Made by a program: the position numbers and the translations under genes
Assembly: GCA_963663475.2 (NCBI GenBank)
Contig: CAXXJV010000001.1
Span: 480,001-544,000 of the forward strand
Length of the DNA: 64,000 bases
From: Candidatus Cloacimonadales bacterium
GTDB lineage: Bacteria > Cloacimonadota > Cloacimonadia > Cloacimonadales > JAFGVF01
Direction: 5' to 3'
Notes under the pieces: model-generated
The model's input: the letters and a program-made list of their open reading frames with translations, nothing else
Database searches by the model: none
What the model was told of the DNA's origin: nothing
In this document: piece by piece, positions 9,293 through 18,381 of the stretch
Layout of the letters: each line of letters opens with the position of its first letter
Numbering within the stretch: the first letter of the stretch is position 1

Positions 9293-10540
9293 ATGAAAAA
9301 ACTTCTTATTTTAATTACTTTGCTTGTTGCTACTAGCCTCTTTAGCAATAATATCTATGTTGTTAACTCAGTTAGTGGAACTCTTTCTAAGATTGATTTA
9401 GAGAATGAAAGTGTAAATAACACCTATGTACAACTAGGTACTACCCCTAACTTAATCGATATCTATGATGATTTTGCTTATGTGGTTAATTCTGGAGATA
9501 ACTCTGTTCAAAAAATTGATCTAACTAGTGGTAATACTGTGAGTAATATTTATGTCGCTGATTCCTCAAATCCATGGTATGCTAAAGTTAAAGGAGAATT
9601 TTTATATGTAACTGCTTTTAATACTAACAAACTTTACAAAATTAGTTTAGCAAGTGAAGAGATTGTTGCAGAAGTAGAAGTGGGTCAAGCTCCCGAAGGT
9701 ATAGAGTTTGCTCTGGGTAAAATCTATGTTTCTTGTACAGGTGGCTATGTCAACAACTACCAAGATAGTCAAATTACTGTCCTTTCTGAAGATAATTTGG
9801 AAATTATCACTAGCATACCTACTTCCCTTAACCCACAATATGTTCACTTGTATAATGGAAAAATTTACGTTATGTGTACAGGTAACTGGCTTGATGTCAT
9901 GGGTTATGTAGAAGTTATAAATCCTCAAACAGACACTATAATGGCTAGTTTAAATATCGGTGGTAATTTAGGTAAAGCAGCCTTTATCAATAACCACGCC
10001 TATATTACTGATGCTATGAATACTGGACTTTACGCGATTGAAACAGATACAGATACAATCCTAAATGACTCTTCTAACCCCCTCAACCCCGGTGGATCAA
10101 CTATTGCTAGTAATGGGCAAATGCTTGCTTTTGTTAACTCAGAATGGGGCTCCAATGGCACTGTCTGGATAACAGATGCTAATCTAGAAAATGGCCAATC
10201 TTTTGAAGTTGCTCTCGCTCCATCTGATGTTATTTTCCAATATCAAGCTGTTGCTAACTCTGATAACAGTGTTTCTCCTGCCCAAATATCTGTTAATGCC
10301 TACCCTAATCCTACAAGTAAGGGCCTTAACTTCCAGCTGCAAGGTAACACAAGAGGAGAAAGTCATGTCCAAATCTATAATCTAAAAGGACAGTTAGTCG
10401 ACCAATTTACTGCCCAAGAAAATCTCTTCCGCTGGAACTCAAATAGAATAAATAATGATAATTTGGCTTCTGGCCTATACTTCTACAAAATAACAAACAA
10501 TAACCATAGCCTTAGTGGTAAATTCATAATTCTCAAATAG
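9293..10540 (+). CDS. YncE/BtuG-like beta-propeller with FlgD/T9SS-like C-terminal domain
   Basis: Repeated IYVVNS/AYVVNSG/LYVTA/IYVSC blades; C-terminal AYPNP...IYNLKGQLV...ASGLYFYKI...KFIILK. Confidence 0.8.
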   Translation: MKKLLILITLLVATSLFSNNIYVVNSVSGTLSKIDLENESVNNTYVQLGTTPNLIDIYDDFAYVVNSGDNSVQKIDLTSGNTVSNIYVADSSNPWYAKVKGEFLYVTAFNTNKLYKISLASEEIVAEVEVGQAPEGIEFALGKIYVSCTGGYVNNYQDSQITVLSEDNLEIITSIPTSLNPQYVHLYNGKIYVMCTGNWLDVMGYVEVINPQTDTIMASLNIGGNLGKAAFINNHAYITDAMNTGLYAIETDTDTILNDSSNPLNPGGSTIASNGQMLAFVNSEWGSNGTVWITDANLENGQSFEVALAPSDVIFQYQAVANSDNSVSPAQISVNAYPNPTSKGLNFQLQGNTRGESHVQIYNLKGQLVDQFTAQENLFRWNSNRINNDNLASGLYFYKITNNNHSLSGKFIILK

Positions 10541-10552
10541 AGAAACCCTGTT

Positions 10553-10583
10553 CCCTCTGTGTTGTTGCCACAGAGGGTTTTTT
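10553..10583 (+). terminator. Intrinsic terminator of the B12 uptake operon
   Basis: CCCTCTGTG-7 nt-CACAGAGGG then TTTTTT. Confidence 0.85.
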
Positions 10584-10942
10584 ATCCTATTTAGAATCTC
10601 CTTAAGCTTCCTATATGGTAAGTATTTTTTTAAATGATTTGACTAATTCTAGATAAAATATTTAATGACATTAATACAATATTACTGATTTTTTACTAAA
10701 ATATTAATTTTCGAAATAAGAAAAATATTTAAATCCAAATTATGTAAATTAACTTTTGCAATAGAAGATTACGCTATATACAAAAGTCTTATACATTCTT
10801 TGAGTTAAATTTCTAGCAATGATTATTACTTAATTATTAATGAAATATTTATGTAGCGTCAGTTTAGTGTTTATAAAATTAAAAGCAAATTCTTAGGAAT
10901 AATAAACACTGAAGCAATTAAAAAAAGAAGGTAAAGATATTT

Positions 10943-12001
10943 ATGAGTGAAACATTCACAGGGATATTAATCAAGAGAAAGCCTGTTTCTAAAATAGTGA
11001 CTCCTGATGATATCAATAATAGAAATCCTATCACAATTTCAACTAAATTAGTAAATAAGTTGAAGTTAGAACATGGATTAAGAATGACAGTTACTTACAA
11101 AACTGTTAAAGGTACAAAAGTAGTTGATGAGATACTAGAGATTTGTGGTAAAGACCCCCAAGTATTCTACGAAAGAAGTGATTTAAGTCGCTATACAGTA
11201 ATTAATCCAGAAGATAAATTTTCATTCCATGAAAGCTCTTTTAACTCTCTCAGATTAATAGATAAATTCTCTCCAATCGCTAGAGGCTCAAGAGCCCTAA
11301 TTGTTTCTCCCCCACGTTCAGGTAAAACAACCTTACTCAAAGAACTGGCCCTTGATATTAAAAGAAACTACCCTAATGTACTTCCTGTTGTTGTTCTAGT
11401 TGATGAAAGACCAGAAGAAATTACTGATTTTAGAAGAGAAATTGATGGGATAGTTCTAGCTAGTAGCAATGACCAAAATCTTGGTGCCCATGTTTTTATT
11501 ACTTCTCTAGCTATGAGTATTGCCAAGAATGAACTTGAATGCGGAAACGAAGTAGTCTTCTTAGTCGATAGCTTAACTAGAATAGGAAGAGTCTATAACC
11601 TCAATTATAAAGGAAATGGGAAAGTAATGAGCGGTGGAATTACCGCTGGTGCCCTAGAAATACCTAGAAAATTCTTCGGTCTTGCTCGTAATATTGAAAA
11701 CGGTGGTTCTCTCTCTATAATTGCTACAATTTTAGTAGATACAGGTTCTAGAATGGACCAACTAATCTTTGAAGAATTTAAAGGAACTGGCAACTGTGAA
11801 ATAGTCTTAGATAGAGAGATTGCAGATAATCGTATTTTCCCTGCTATTGATATCCTGCATAGTGGTACTAGAAGAGACGAACTTTTCTATACTACTGAAG
11901 AATTTGAGAAAATTAATGAATATAGACGTTCATTGCTTAAAAAAGATAAAATATCAGCAATAAAAGATGCAATTACTACTGTTGAGAATGATGAATTTTA
12001 A
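10943..12001 (+). CDS. rho: Transcription termination factor Rho, short form
   Basis: PPRSGKT; DERPEE; DSLTR; GLARNIENGGSL; TGSRMD-x2-IFEEFKGTGN; SGTRRDEL. Confidence 0.88.
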   Translation: MSETFTGILIKRKPVSKIVTPDDINNRNPITISTKLVNKLKLEHGLRMTVTYKTVKGTKVVDEILEICGKDPQVFYERSDLSRYTVINPEDKFSFHESSFNSLRLIDKFSPIARGSRALIVSPPRSGKTTLLKELALDIKRNYPNVLPVVVLVDERPEEITDFRREIDGIVLASSNDQNLGAHVFITSLAMSIAKNELECGNEVVFLVDSLTRIGRVYNLNYKGNGKVMSGGITAGALEIPRKFFGLARNIENGGSLSIIATILVDTGSRMDQLIFEEFKGTGNCEIVLDREIADNRIFPAIDILHSGTRRDELFYTTEEFEKINEYRRSLLKKDKISAIKDAITTVENDEF

Positions 12002-12131
12002 TTTTTACTAGACCTATAAGCTTGGCATTAATTTACTTTATTTAGCTATATAAGGATAAATAAACTGTTAATTTTTAAGAATCTTCACTCTAAATAAGCA
12101 ATAATAATAATCTATTTTTTTAAAAGTTATC

Positions 12132-12300
12132 TTATATCCAAAATGCTACAATAGTACTTTAGGGAAGAGAGCTGATTATTCTAGCAAAATAGCTTTCAGA
12201 ATTAGGACACATATAACATATATATTCCTAATAATTATGGATCTTACTTTTGCAAAAGAAAATAAGGCTACTCACAAAGATCTACTGGATTATTTAGCTT
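12132..12300 (+). mobile_element. Fold-back MITE-like element, degenerate copy
   Basis: GATTATTCTAGCAAAATAGCTT...AATTATGGATCTTACTTTTGCAAAAGAA...CACAAAGATCTACTG shared with the 16492-16661 and 27979-28178 copies. Confidence 0.75.
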
Positions 12301-12311
12301 TCTCAGCTATT

Positions 12312-12392
12312 GCATGCTTATTCCTTCCTTTACACTCTTTCGATGAAAGTCCGCTTTTCATCGAAAGAGTGTAAAGGAAGGAATAAGCATGC
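12312..12392. repeat. Perfect 37-bp inverted repeat with 7-nt loop (copy 1)
   Basis: GCATGCTTATTCCTTCCTTTACACTCTTTCGATGAAA-GTCCGCT-exact reverse complement. Confidence 0.95.
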
Positions 12393-12509
12393 TACAAGTA
12401 TAATAGGAAATTTGAATTTATAGCAGACAATTTTTTTCAATTACTTCTTGACCATAATTCCCCTTTTGTTAAAATATGAAAAATAATAAAATCAAGATAT
12501 GGAGGAACA

Positions 12510-13589
12510 ATGGAAAATCGCGTATTAGCAATTAATCCTGGTTCAACATCAACAAAAATCGCAGTATATGATGACGCTACAGAAGTATTTACTAAAACAT
12601 TAAGACATGATGCAGAAGTTTTAGATAAATTTGGTGGCATAATCGAACAGTATGATTACAGAAAGAAATTAGTTTTAGAAGCAATGGCTGAAAACAATGT
12701 AGATCCTAAAACATTAGCAGCAGTTGTAGGCCGCGGTGGTTTAATGAAAGCCATTGCTGGTGGTACATATGCAGTCAATGAAGAAATGAAAAAAGATCTT
12801 AGTGACCCAGCTTTATGGGGCAGAATCCATGCTTCAAATCTTGGTGCTTTCATTTCTGAATCAATTGCTAAAGATTATGGTATTCCTGCTTATATAGTAG
12901 ATCCTGTAGTGGTTGATGAATTCGATGAAATTGCAAGAATTTCTGGTATTCCTGAAATCAAAAGACAATCACTTTTCCATGCTTTAAATATCAGATATAT
13001 AGCTAGACTTTTAGCTGAGAAATTAGGAAAACCACTATCAGAATGCAATATGGTTGGTATCCATATGGGTGGTGGTGTATCTGTTGCAGCTATCAAAGAA
13101 GGTAGAGTAGTCGATGTAAATAATGCACTTTTAGGAATGGGACCTTTCTCCCCTCAACGTGCTGGTGCTTTACCAATAGGTGACCTCATAGAAATGTGTT
13201 ATTCTGGTGAATATACTAAAAAAGAATTACTTGGTTACTTATCTAAGAAAGCTGGTTATTTAGCTTACTTAGGCACCGATGATGGCAGAGATGTAGCAGA
13301 AATGATTAAAAATGGTGATAAAAAAGCTAAATTAATCCAAGATGCTATGTGTTACCAAGTAGCAAAAGAAGTTGGTGCTTGTGCAAGTGTTCTTAATGGC
13401 AAAGTCGATGTTATCTTTATGTCAGGTGGTCTTGTTTATAATGATCTTATTGTTAAAACAATTTCTGATAGAGTTGAATTTATTGCTCCTATTGAGCTTT
13501 TCCCTGGAGAAAAAGAAATGGAAGCCCTCTGTCAAGGTGGAACTAGAGTTCTTAAAGGCTTAGAAGAAGCTAAAGTTTACGGAAAGTAA
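12510..13589 (+). CDS. buk: Butyrate kinase
   Basis: INPGSTSTK; VGRGG; HASNLG; IVDPVVVDE; FHALN; HMGGGVSV; PGEKEM. Confidence 0.96.
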   Translation: MENRVLAINPGSTSTKIAVYDDATEVFTKTLRHDAEVLDKFGGIIEQYDYRKKLVLEAMAENNVDPKTLAAVVGRGGLMKAIAGGTYAVNEEMKKDLSDPALWGRIHASNLGAFISESIAKDYGIPAYIVDPVVVDEFDEIARISGIPEIKRQSLFHALNIRYIARLLAEKLGKPLSECNMVGIHMGGGVSVAAIKEGRVVDVNNALLGMGPFSPQRAGALPIGDLIEMCYSGEYTKKELLGYLSKKAGYLAYLGTDDGRDVAEMIKNGDKKAKLIQDAMCYQVAKEVGACASVLNGKVDVIFMSGGLVYNDLIVKTISDRVEFIAPIELFPGEKEMEALCQGGTRVLKGLEEAKVYGK

Positions 13590-13617
13590 CTAATAATAAA
13601 TTTAGATAAAAGACTAG

Positions 13618-13645
13618 AGGCACGAATAATCGTGCCTTTCTTTTT
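13618..13645 (+). terminator. Intrinsic terminator after buk
   Basis: AGGCACGA-ATAA-TCGTGCCT followed by TTCTTTTT. Confidence 0.75.
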
Positions 13646-13717
13646 ACTTGACACAAAAAGTCTATTTTACTCCTTGATACAATAGATTAATATTAATAAC
13701 TTTACGGAGAAAAAATT

Positions 13718-16312
13718 ATGAGAAATAGTAGCGAAATAAGAGCTCAATTTATAGATTTTTTTAAGAGCAAAGGACACACCTTTGTTAAATCATCACCTGT
13801 TATACCTCAAGATGACCCTACCTTACTCTTTATAAATGCTGGTATGAATCAGTTTAAAGATATCTTTTTAGATAAAGTAGAGGCAAAATATTTAAGAGCA
13901 GTAAACTCACAAAAATGTATTAGAGCTGGTGGCAAGCATAATGACCTTGATGAAGTGGGTAAAGACGGTTATCACCATACTTTTTTTGAAATGCTGGGTA
14001 ACTGGTCCTTCGGTGATTACTATAAAAAAGAAGCTATTTCTTGGGCATGGGAATTAATTACCCAAGTCTGGAAACTAGATAAATCAAAACTCTATGCTAC
14101 AGTACACCATTCTGATCAAGAAGCCTACGATTTATGGAAAGAAGTGACTGATATAGACCCTTCCCACATTAGCTATCATGGTGATAAAGATAACTTCTGG
14201 GAGATGGGAGAAACTGGACCTTGTGGACCTTGCACAGAGATTCATTATGACCGAGGCAGAGATTACTGCGGTGTTGAAGGAGACCATAATTGTGATGTCA
14301 ATGGTGACTGTCACAGGTATATGGAGATTTGGAACCTTGTCTTTATGCAATATTATCGAGAAACAGATGGTTCTCTAACTCCTCTTAAAAAAACTCATGT
14401 TGATACAGGGTCTGGTTTTGAAAGAATTTGTCAGATTCTACAAGGCAAAGATTCTAATTACCATACAGATCTTTTCATGCCAATTATTAATGATATAAGC
14501 AAAATCTCAGGTTTTGAATACCATCCTGATAAATCTGTCTCTCATCGAGTTATTGCTGACCATATAAGATGTTTAACCTTTGCTTTAAGCGATGGAGGCA
14601 TGCCTGCTAATGAAGGAAGAGGTTATGTCTTGAGAAGAATCCTAAGAAGAGCTGCTCGTTACGGACGAAACATAGGTCTTAAAGATCCTTTCTTGTACAA
14701 GCTAGTAGATTCTGTCATTTCTGTTATGGGAGACCACTTTAGTGAACTTAAAGATAAAAGAGATTACATCATGATGGTTATCAAATCTGAGGAAGAAAGG
14801 TTTAATCAAACACTTGATAAAGGTTTAGAAAAATTTGAAGAAATTGTTAATTCTTTAACTTCCAAAACTATCCCTGGCCAAGAAGCTTTTACCCTTTATG
14901 ACACCTTTGGCTTCCCAATAGATTTAACTAATATTCTGGCTGAAGAAAGAGGACTCTTAGTTGATATGCAAGCCTTTGACCAAGCAATGGACCAACAAAA
15001 AGAAAGAGCTCGTCAAGCTTCTAAATTCTCCATGGATCAAGATGATAGTGACTGGGTAATATTAGAAAAAAATCAACAAACTGACTTCGTTGGCTATGAC
15101 AGTTTAACCAGCTCTAGCAATATCTTACGCTATGCTTTAGAAGATAAAAACCTTGTAAAAATAGTTCTCGATAAAAGTCCTTTCTATGCAGAATCAGGCG
15201 GACAAACAGGAGACAAAGGCCAGATAAAAGGGCAAGACTTCCTAATTCAAATCTTTGATGTAAAAAAAGTAGCAGATAATTTCATTCACTTAGGCAAATT
15301 AGTCCAGGGAAAAATTACTAGTAAAGAGGTTGAGGCTTCTGTAACTCAATCAACTAGAAGAGATACTGCCTCTAATCATACTGCAACCCACTTACTTCAC
15401 TCAGCTTTAAGAAAAGTTCTAGGTCCACATGTCCAACAAAAAGGATCTTTGGTAGATAGTAAGGGACTTAGATTCGATTTTACCCATTTTTCAGCTGTAA
15501 ATCCTGAAGAAATTAAGCAGGTTGAAGATCTTGTTAACTCAGAGATTAGAAAGAATTTACCAGTAAATGTTTCTATTAAAAGTATCGAAGAAGCAAAAAA
15601 ATCTGGTGCTATGGCTCTCTTTGGAGAAAAATATGGTGACCAAGTAAGAGTTGTTACTGTTGCTGATTTTTCTCAAGAACTATGCGGTGGAACTCATGTA
15701 AAATCTACTGGCGAAATTGGACCTTTCAAAATTATTAGCGAATCATCTTCTGCAGCTGGTATTAGAAGAATTGAAGCTATTACAGGCCAAAGGAGCTTAG
15801 AATATTTCTCTAATCTAGAAGGCAAATTGGATTCTATCAAGAATCTTCTGACTGCTAATGATAAAAATCTTCTGGAAAAAGTTGAGAAAGTTTTAGCTGA
15901 AAATCATGACCTTAAGCGAGAAATTGAAGTTTTGAAAGCTAAACAAGCTAATTCTCTTATTACAGATTTACTTGCAAATGTAAAAACAATCGGTCAAGTT
16001 AAACTCCTTGCTAGTCAAGTAAAAGTAGATAACCCCAACGACTTAAGATTACTAGGTGATCAATTGAAAGATAAACTGCAGTCAGGTATTGCTGTCTTAA
16101 TTGCTAATCTAGGCAACAAAGTTTCTCTCTTAACTATTGTAAGTCAAGATCTTACTAAACAGTACCACGCAGGCAAAATTGTTGGGCAACTAGCTTCTAT
16201 CCTAGGAGGAAAAGGGGGAGGTAGACCAGATTCTGCTATGGCTGGAGGAAAAGATGTTGATAAAATACCGCAAGCACTTAATAGCTTAGAAGATATTATC
16301 AAGGGTAAATAA
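13718..16312 (+). CDS. alaS: Alanine--tRNA ligase
   Basis: DPTLLFINAGMNQFK; HHTFFEMLGNWSFGDY; NHTATHLLH; ELCGGTH; GGKGGGRPDSAMAGG. Confidence 0.98.
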   Translation: MRNSSEIRAQFIDFFKSKGHTFVKSSPVIPQDDPTLLFINAGMNQFKDIFLDKVEAKYLRAVNSQKCIRAGGKHNDLDEVGKDGYHHTFFEMLGNWSFGDYYKKEAISWAWELITQVWKLDKSKLYATVHHSDQEAYDLWKEVTDIDPSHISYHGDKDNFWEMGETGPCGPCTEIHYDRGRDYCGVEGDHNCDVNGDCHRYMEIWNLVFMQYYRETDGSLTPLKKTHVDTGSGFERICQILQGKDSNYHTDLFMPIINDISKISGFEYHPDKSVSHRVIADHIRCLTFALSDGGMPANEGRGYVLRRILRRAARYGRNIGLKDPFLYKLVDSVISVMGDHFSELKDKRDYIMMVIKSEEERFNQTLDKGLEKFEEIVNSLTSKTIPGQEAFTLYDTFGFPIDLTNILAEERGLLVDMQAFDQAMDQQKERARQASKFSMDQDDSDWVILEKNQQTDFVGYDSLTSSSNILRYALEDKNLVKIVLDKSPFYAESGGQTGDKGQIKGQDFLIQIFDVKKVADNFIHLGKLVQGKITSKEVEASVTQSTRRDTASNHTATHLLHSALRKVLGPHVQQKGSLVDSKGLRFDFTHFSAVNPEEIKQVEDLVNSEIRKNLPVNVSIKSIEEAKKSGAMALFGEKYGDQVRVVTVADFSQELCGGTHVKSTGEIGPFKIISESSSAAGIRRIEAITGQRSLEYFSNLEGKLDSIKNLLTANDKNLLEKVEKVLAENHDLKREIEVLKAKQANSLITDLLANVKTIGQVKLLASQVKVDNPNDLRLLGDQLKDKLQSGIAVLIANLGNKVSLLTIVSQDLTKQYHAGKIVGQLASILGGKGGGRPDSAMAGGKDVDKIPQALNSLEDIIKGK

Positions 16313-16371
16313 AACATTTTTTCTTAACTAACTAGAAATATCAAACCCTTCCCTAAAGGATAATTTAGAAT

Positions 16372-16661
16372 ATATTTGCAAAGTAAGTTACAGAATTTGA
16401 AGGCATATAATATATATATTCCTGAAAATTCTGTAACTTACTTTTGCAAAAGAAGATAGTGCTATTCGCAATGGTCTACTGCATTATTGGGTTAAACCCA
16501 GATAGTGTAGTAGAGCTTTAGTGAAGAGTGCAGATTATTCTAGCAAAATAGCTTACAGAATTTTGACGCATATAATTTATATATTCGGAGAAATTATGGA
16601 AGTTACTTTTGCAGAAGAATATAGTGCTATTCACAAAGGTCTACTGCATTATTGGGTTAAA
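16372..16661 (+). mobile_element. Two tandem fold-back MITE-like elements: 5'-truncated 16372-16495 and complete 16492-16661, sharing TTAA
   Basis: Left end TTAAACCCAGATAGTGTAGTAGAGCTTTAGTGAA; reverse complement of right end TTTAACCCAATAATGCAGTAGACCTTTGTGAA; junction TGGGTTAAACCCA. Confidence 0.8.
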
Positions 16662-16787
16662 CTCAACTGTGCTAAAAGTTCACCATTATTCACTTCTTTC
16701 TGGCAAATAAAATCTTTTTAAAAAACATATTTTACCGCTTAAAAAAAGTATTTAACAAAAGATAAATTCTTTGGGTAAATTATTATC

Positions 16788-16816
16788 TTGACAATAAAAT
16801 GTGACAACCGTAAAAT
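16788..16816 (+). promoter_or_regulatory. sigma70-type promoter
   Basis: TTGACA-17 nt-TAAAAT ending 6 nt before ATG 16823; no obvious RBS, so possibly leaderless. Confidence 0.55.
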
Positions 16817-16822
16817 TAGTCT

Positions 16823-18172
16823 ATGAAAAATAATATAAAGAACTCAAGAGCTAATATACTGATTGTCGATGATGAAATAGTCATTCAAAAACTATTCTCA
16901 GACTTTCTTGCTAACAGTGGTTTTTCACTCTTTTGTGCTTCTAATAATCAAGAAGCTAGAAGTATTCTCAAAAGTGAAGCCATCGATGTTATGCTACTAG
17001 ACGTCTATATGGGACAAGACTCTGGGATTGACTTAATTCCAGAAGCACGTAGAATCTCTGAGAATACAGAGATAATAGTCATCTCAGGCACGTCCAGAGT
17101 ATCTGATGTAATAAAAGTCATGAAATATGGAGTTGCTGACTTCCTTCTTAAACCAATTAAGAAGAATGAGCTTCTAGCCCTGATAGATAAAATTGTAGGT
17201 AGCAAAAATAATTATCAAGCTATCACTCAAAGCCAAGATGTCTATATCGGCAAATCTTCCATAGTAAATGATATAGTTGATCGGATTAAAGTAATCGCCC
17301 CTACTAATCTAAATGTTCTAATAACAGGGAAAAGTGGTACCGGTAAAGAAGTTTTTGCTAAGCTTTTATACCAGTATAGCAAAAGAGCAAATCAACCTTT
17401 TGTAGCTGTTGATTGTGGTGCTATCCCCGAAAACTTGATTGAAAATGAACTCTTTGGTTCAGCTAAAGGAGCTTACACGGGAGCAAGTGGACATAAAGGG
17501 AAATTTGAGCTTGCCAATAAGGGTACTATTCTTCTCGACGAAATCACTAATTTACCTCTTAGTAGCCAAGCTAAACTGCTAAGAGCAATTCAAGAAAAGA
17601 AGTTTTATCCGATTGGTAGCAATAACGAAGTACATTCTGATTTTAGAATTATTGCCACAACTAATATTGCTTGTGATCCTCTTATCAAACAAGGTAAATT
17701 TAGGGAAGATCTCTTCTTCAGACTAAATGAAATATCTTTAGAAATTCCCGATTTAAATGAAAGAGATGAAGACTTCGAAAAGATGGCTCTCTTCTTTCTC
17801 GATAAAGCAAATAATGAGTTGAATAAAAATATCAATGAAATTTCGGAGAAAGCTGTAAAACTTCTGCAAGCGCACGAATGGAAAGGTAATGTTAGAGAAT
17901 TTAAACATGTTCTTTTTACCGCCGCCTTGTATTGCCCAGGAACAGTTATCCTGCCTGAACATCTTTCTATTAATAATGATGAAAATAAAATAAATTCACG
18001 TCTCAGCGATAAAGCAGGCTTCTATGATGTTCTTAAAGAGACTGAGAAAGAACTTATCTTAGAAGCTCTTGACCAATGCAAATGGAATAAGAGTGAAGCT
18101 GCCAAAAAGCTACAGATTAATAGAAAAACACTCTATAGAAAAATGTCGGAACTTAATATTAATGAACTGTGA
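16823..18172 (+). CDS. sigma54-dependent response regulator (REC-AAA+-Fis HTH)
   Basis: ILIVDDE; GKSGTGKE; GAYTGA variant loop; LLDEI; WKGNVRE; INRKTLYRK. Confidence 0.95.
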   Translation: MKNNIKNSRANILIVDDEIVIQKLFSDFLANSGFSLFCASNNQEARSILKSEAIDVMLLDVYMGQDSGIDLIPEARRISENTEIIVISGTSRVSDVIKVMKYGVADFLLKPIKKNELLALIDKIVGSKNNYQAITQSQDVYIGKSSIVNDIVDRIKVIAPTNLNVLITGKSGTGKEVFAKLLYQYSKRANQPFVAVDCGAIPENLIENELFGSAKGAYTGASGHKGKFELANKGTILLDEITNLPLSSQAKLLRAIQEKKFYPIGSNNEVHSDFRIIATTNIACDPLIKQGKFREDLFFRLNEISLEIPDLNERDEDFEKMALFFLDKANNELNKNINEISEKAVKLLQAHEWKGNVREFKHVLFTAALYCPGTVILPEHLSINNDENKINSRLSDKAGFYDVLKETEKELILEALDQCKWNKSEAAKKLQINRKTLYRKMSELNINEL

Positions 18173-18309
18173 TTAATTCGAGAACAGTCTCAGAATTGCT
18201 ACATAAACTAGAAAATTTTAAGTAGCCTTTGCTTTTAAAACTAAACTTTAAGATTCTTATGTCACTGAAAGATAAGAATTAAAGAAAAATATATAAATTT
18301 GGATATTAT

Positions 18310-18325
18310 TGGAACTAGTCTTGCA
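18310..18325 (+). promoter_or_regulatory. sigma54 -24/-12 promoter
   Basis: TGGAACTAGTCTTGCA = GG-N10-GC, 57 nt upstream of ATG 18382 and directly downstream of a sigma54 activator gene. Confidence 0.75.
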
Positions 18326-18381
18326 TTATAATGATGTAGTTGAGAGAAAAATTAAACATTAAACCTATAAATGAGGAAATT

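Noticed and set aside
10600-10940. AT-rich region upstream of rho as an ncRNA or replication origin
   Set aside because: Only a weak AGTGTTTAT/ATAAACACT inverted repeat; no recognisable DnaA-box array or RNA motif.
16521-16721. 66-aa ORF, and similarly 31364..31549
   Set aside because: Both lie within MITE-like copies; no RBS or protein motif.
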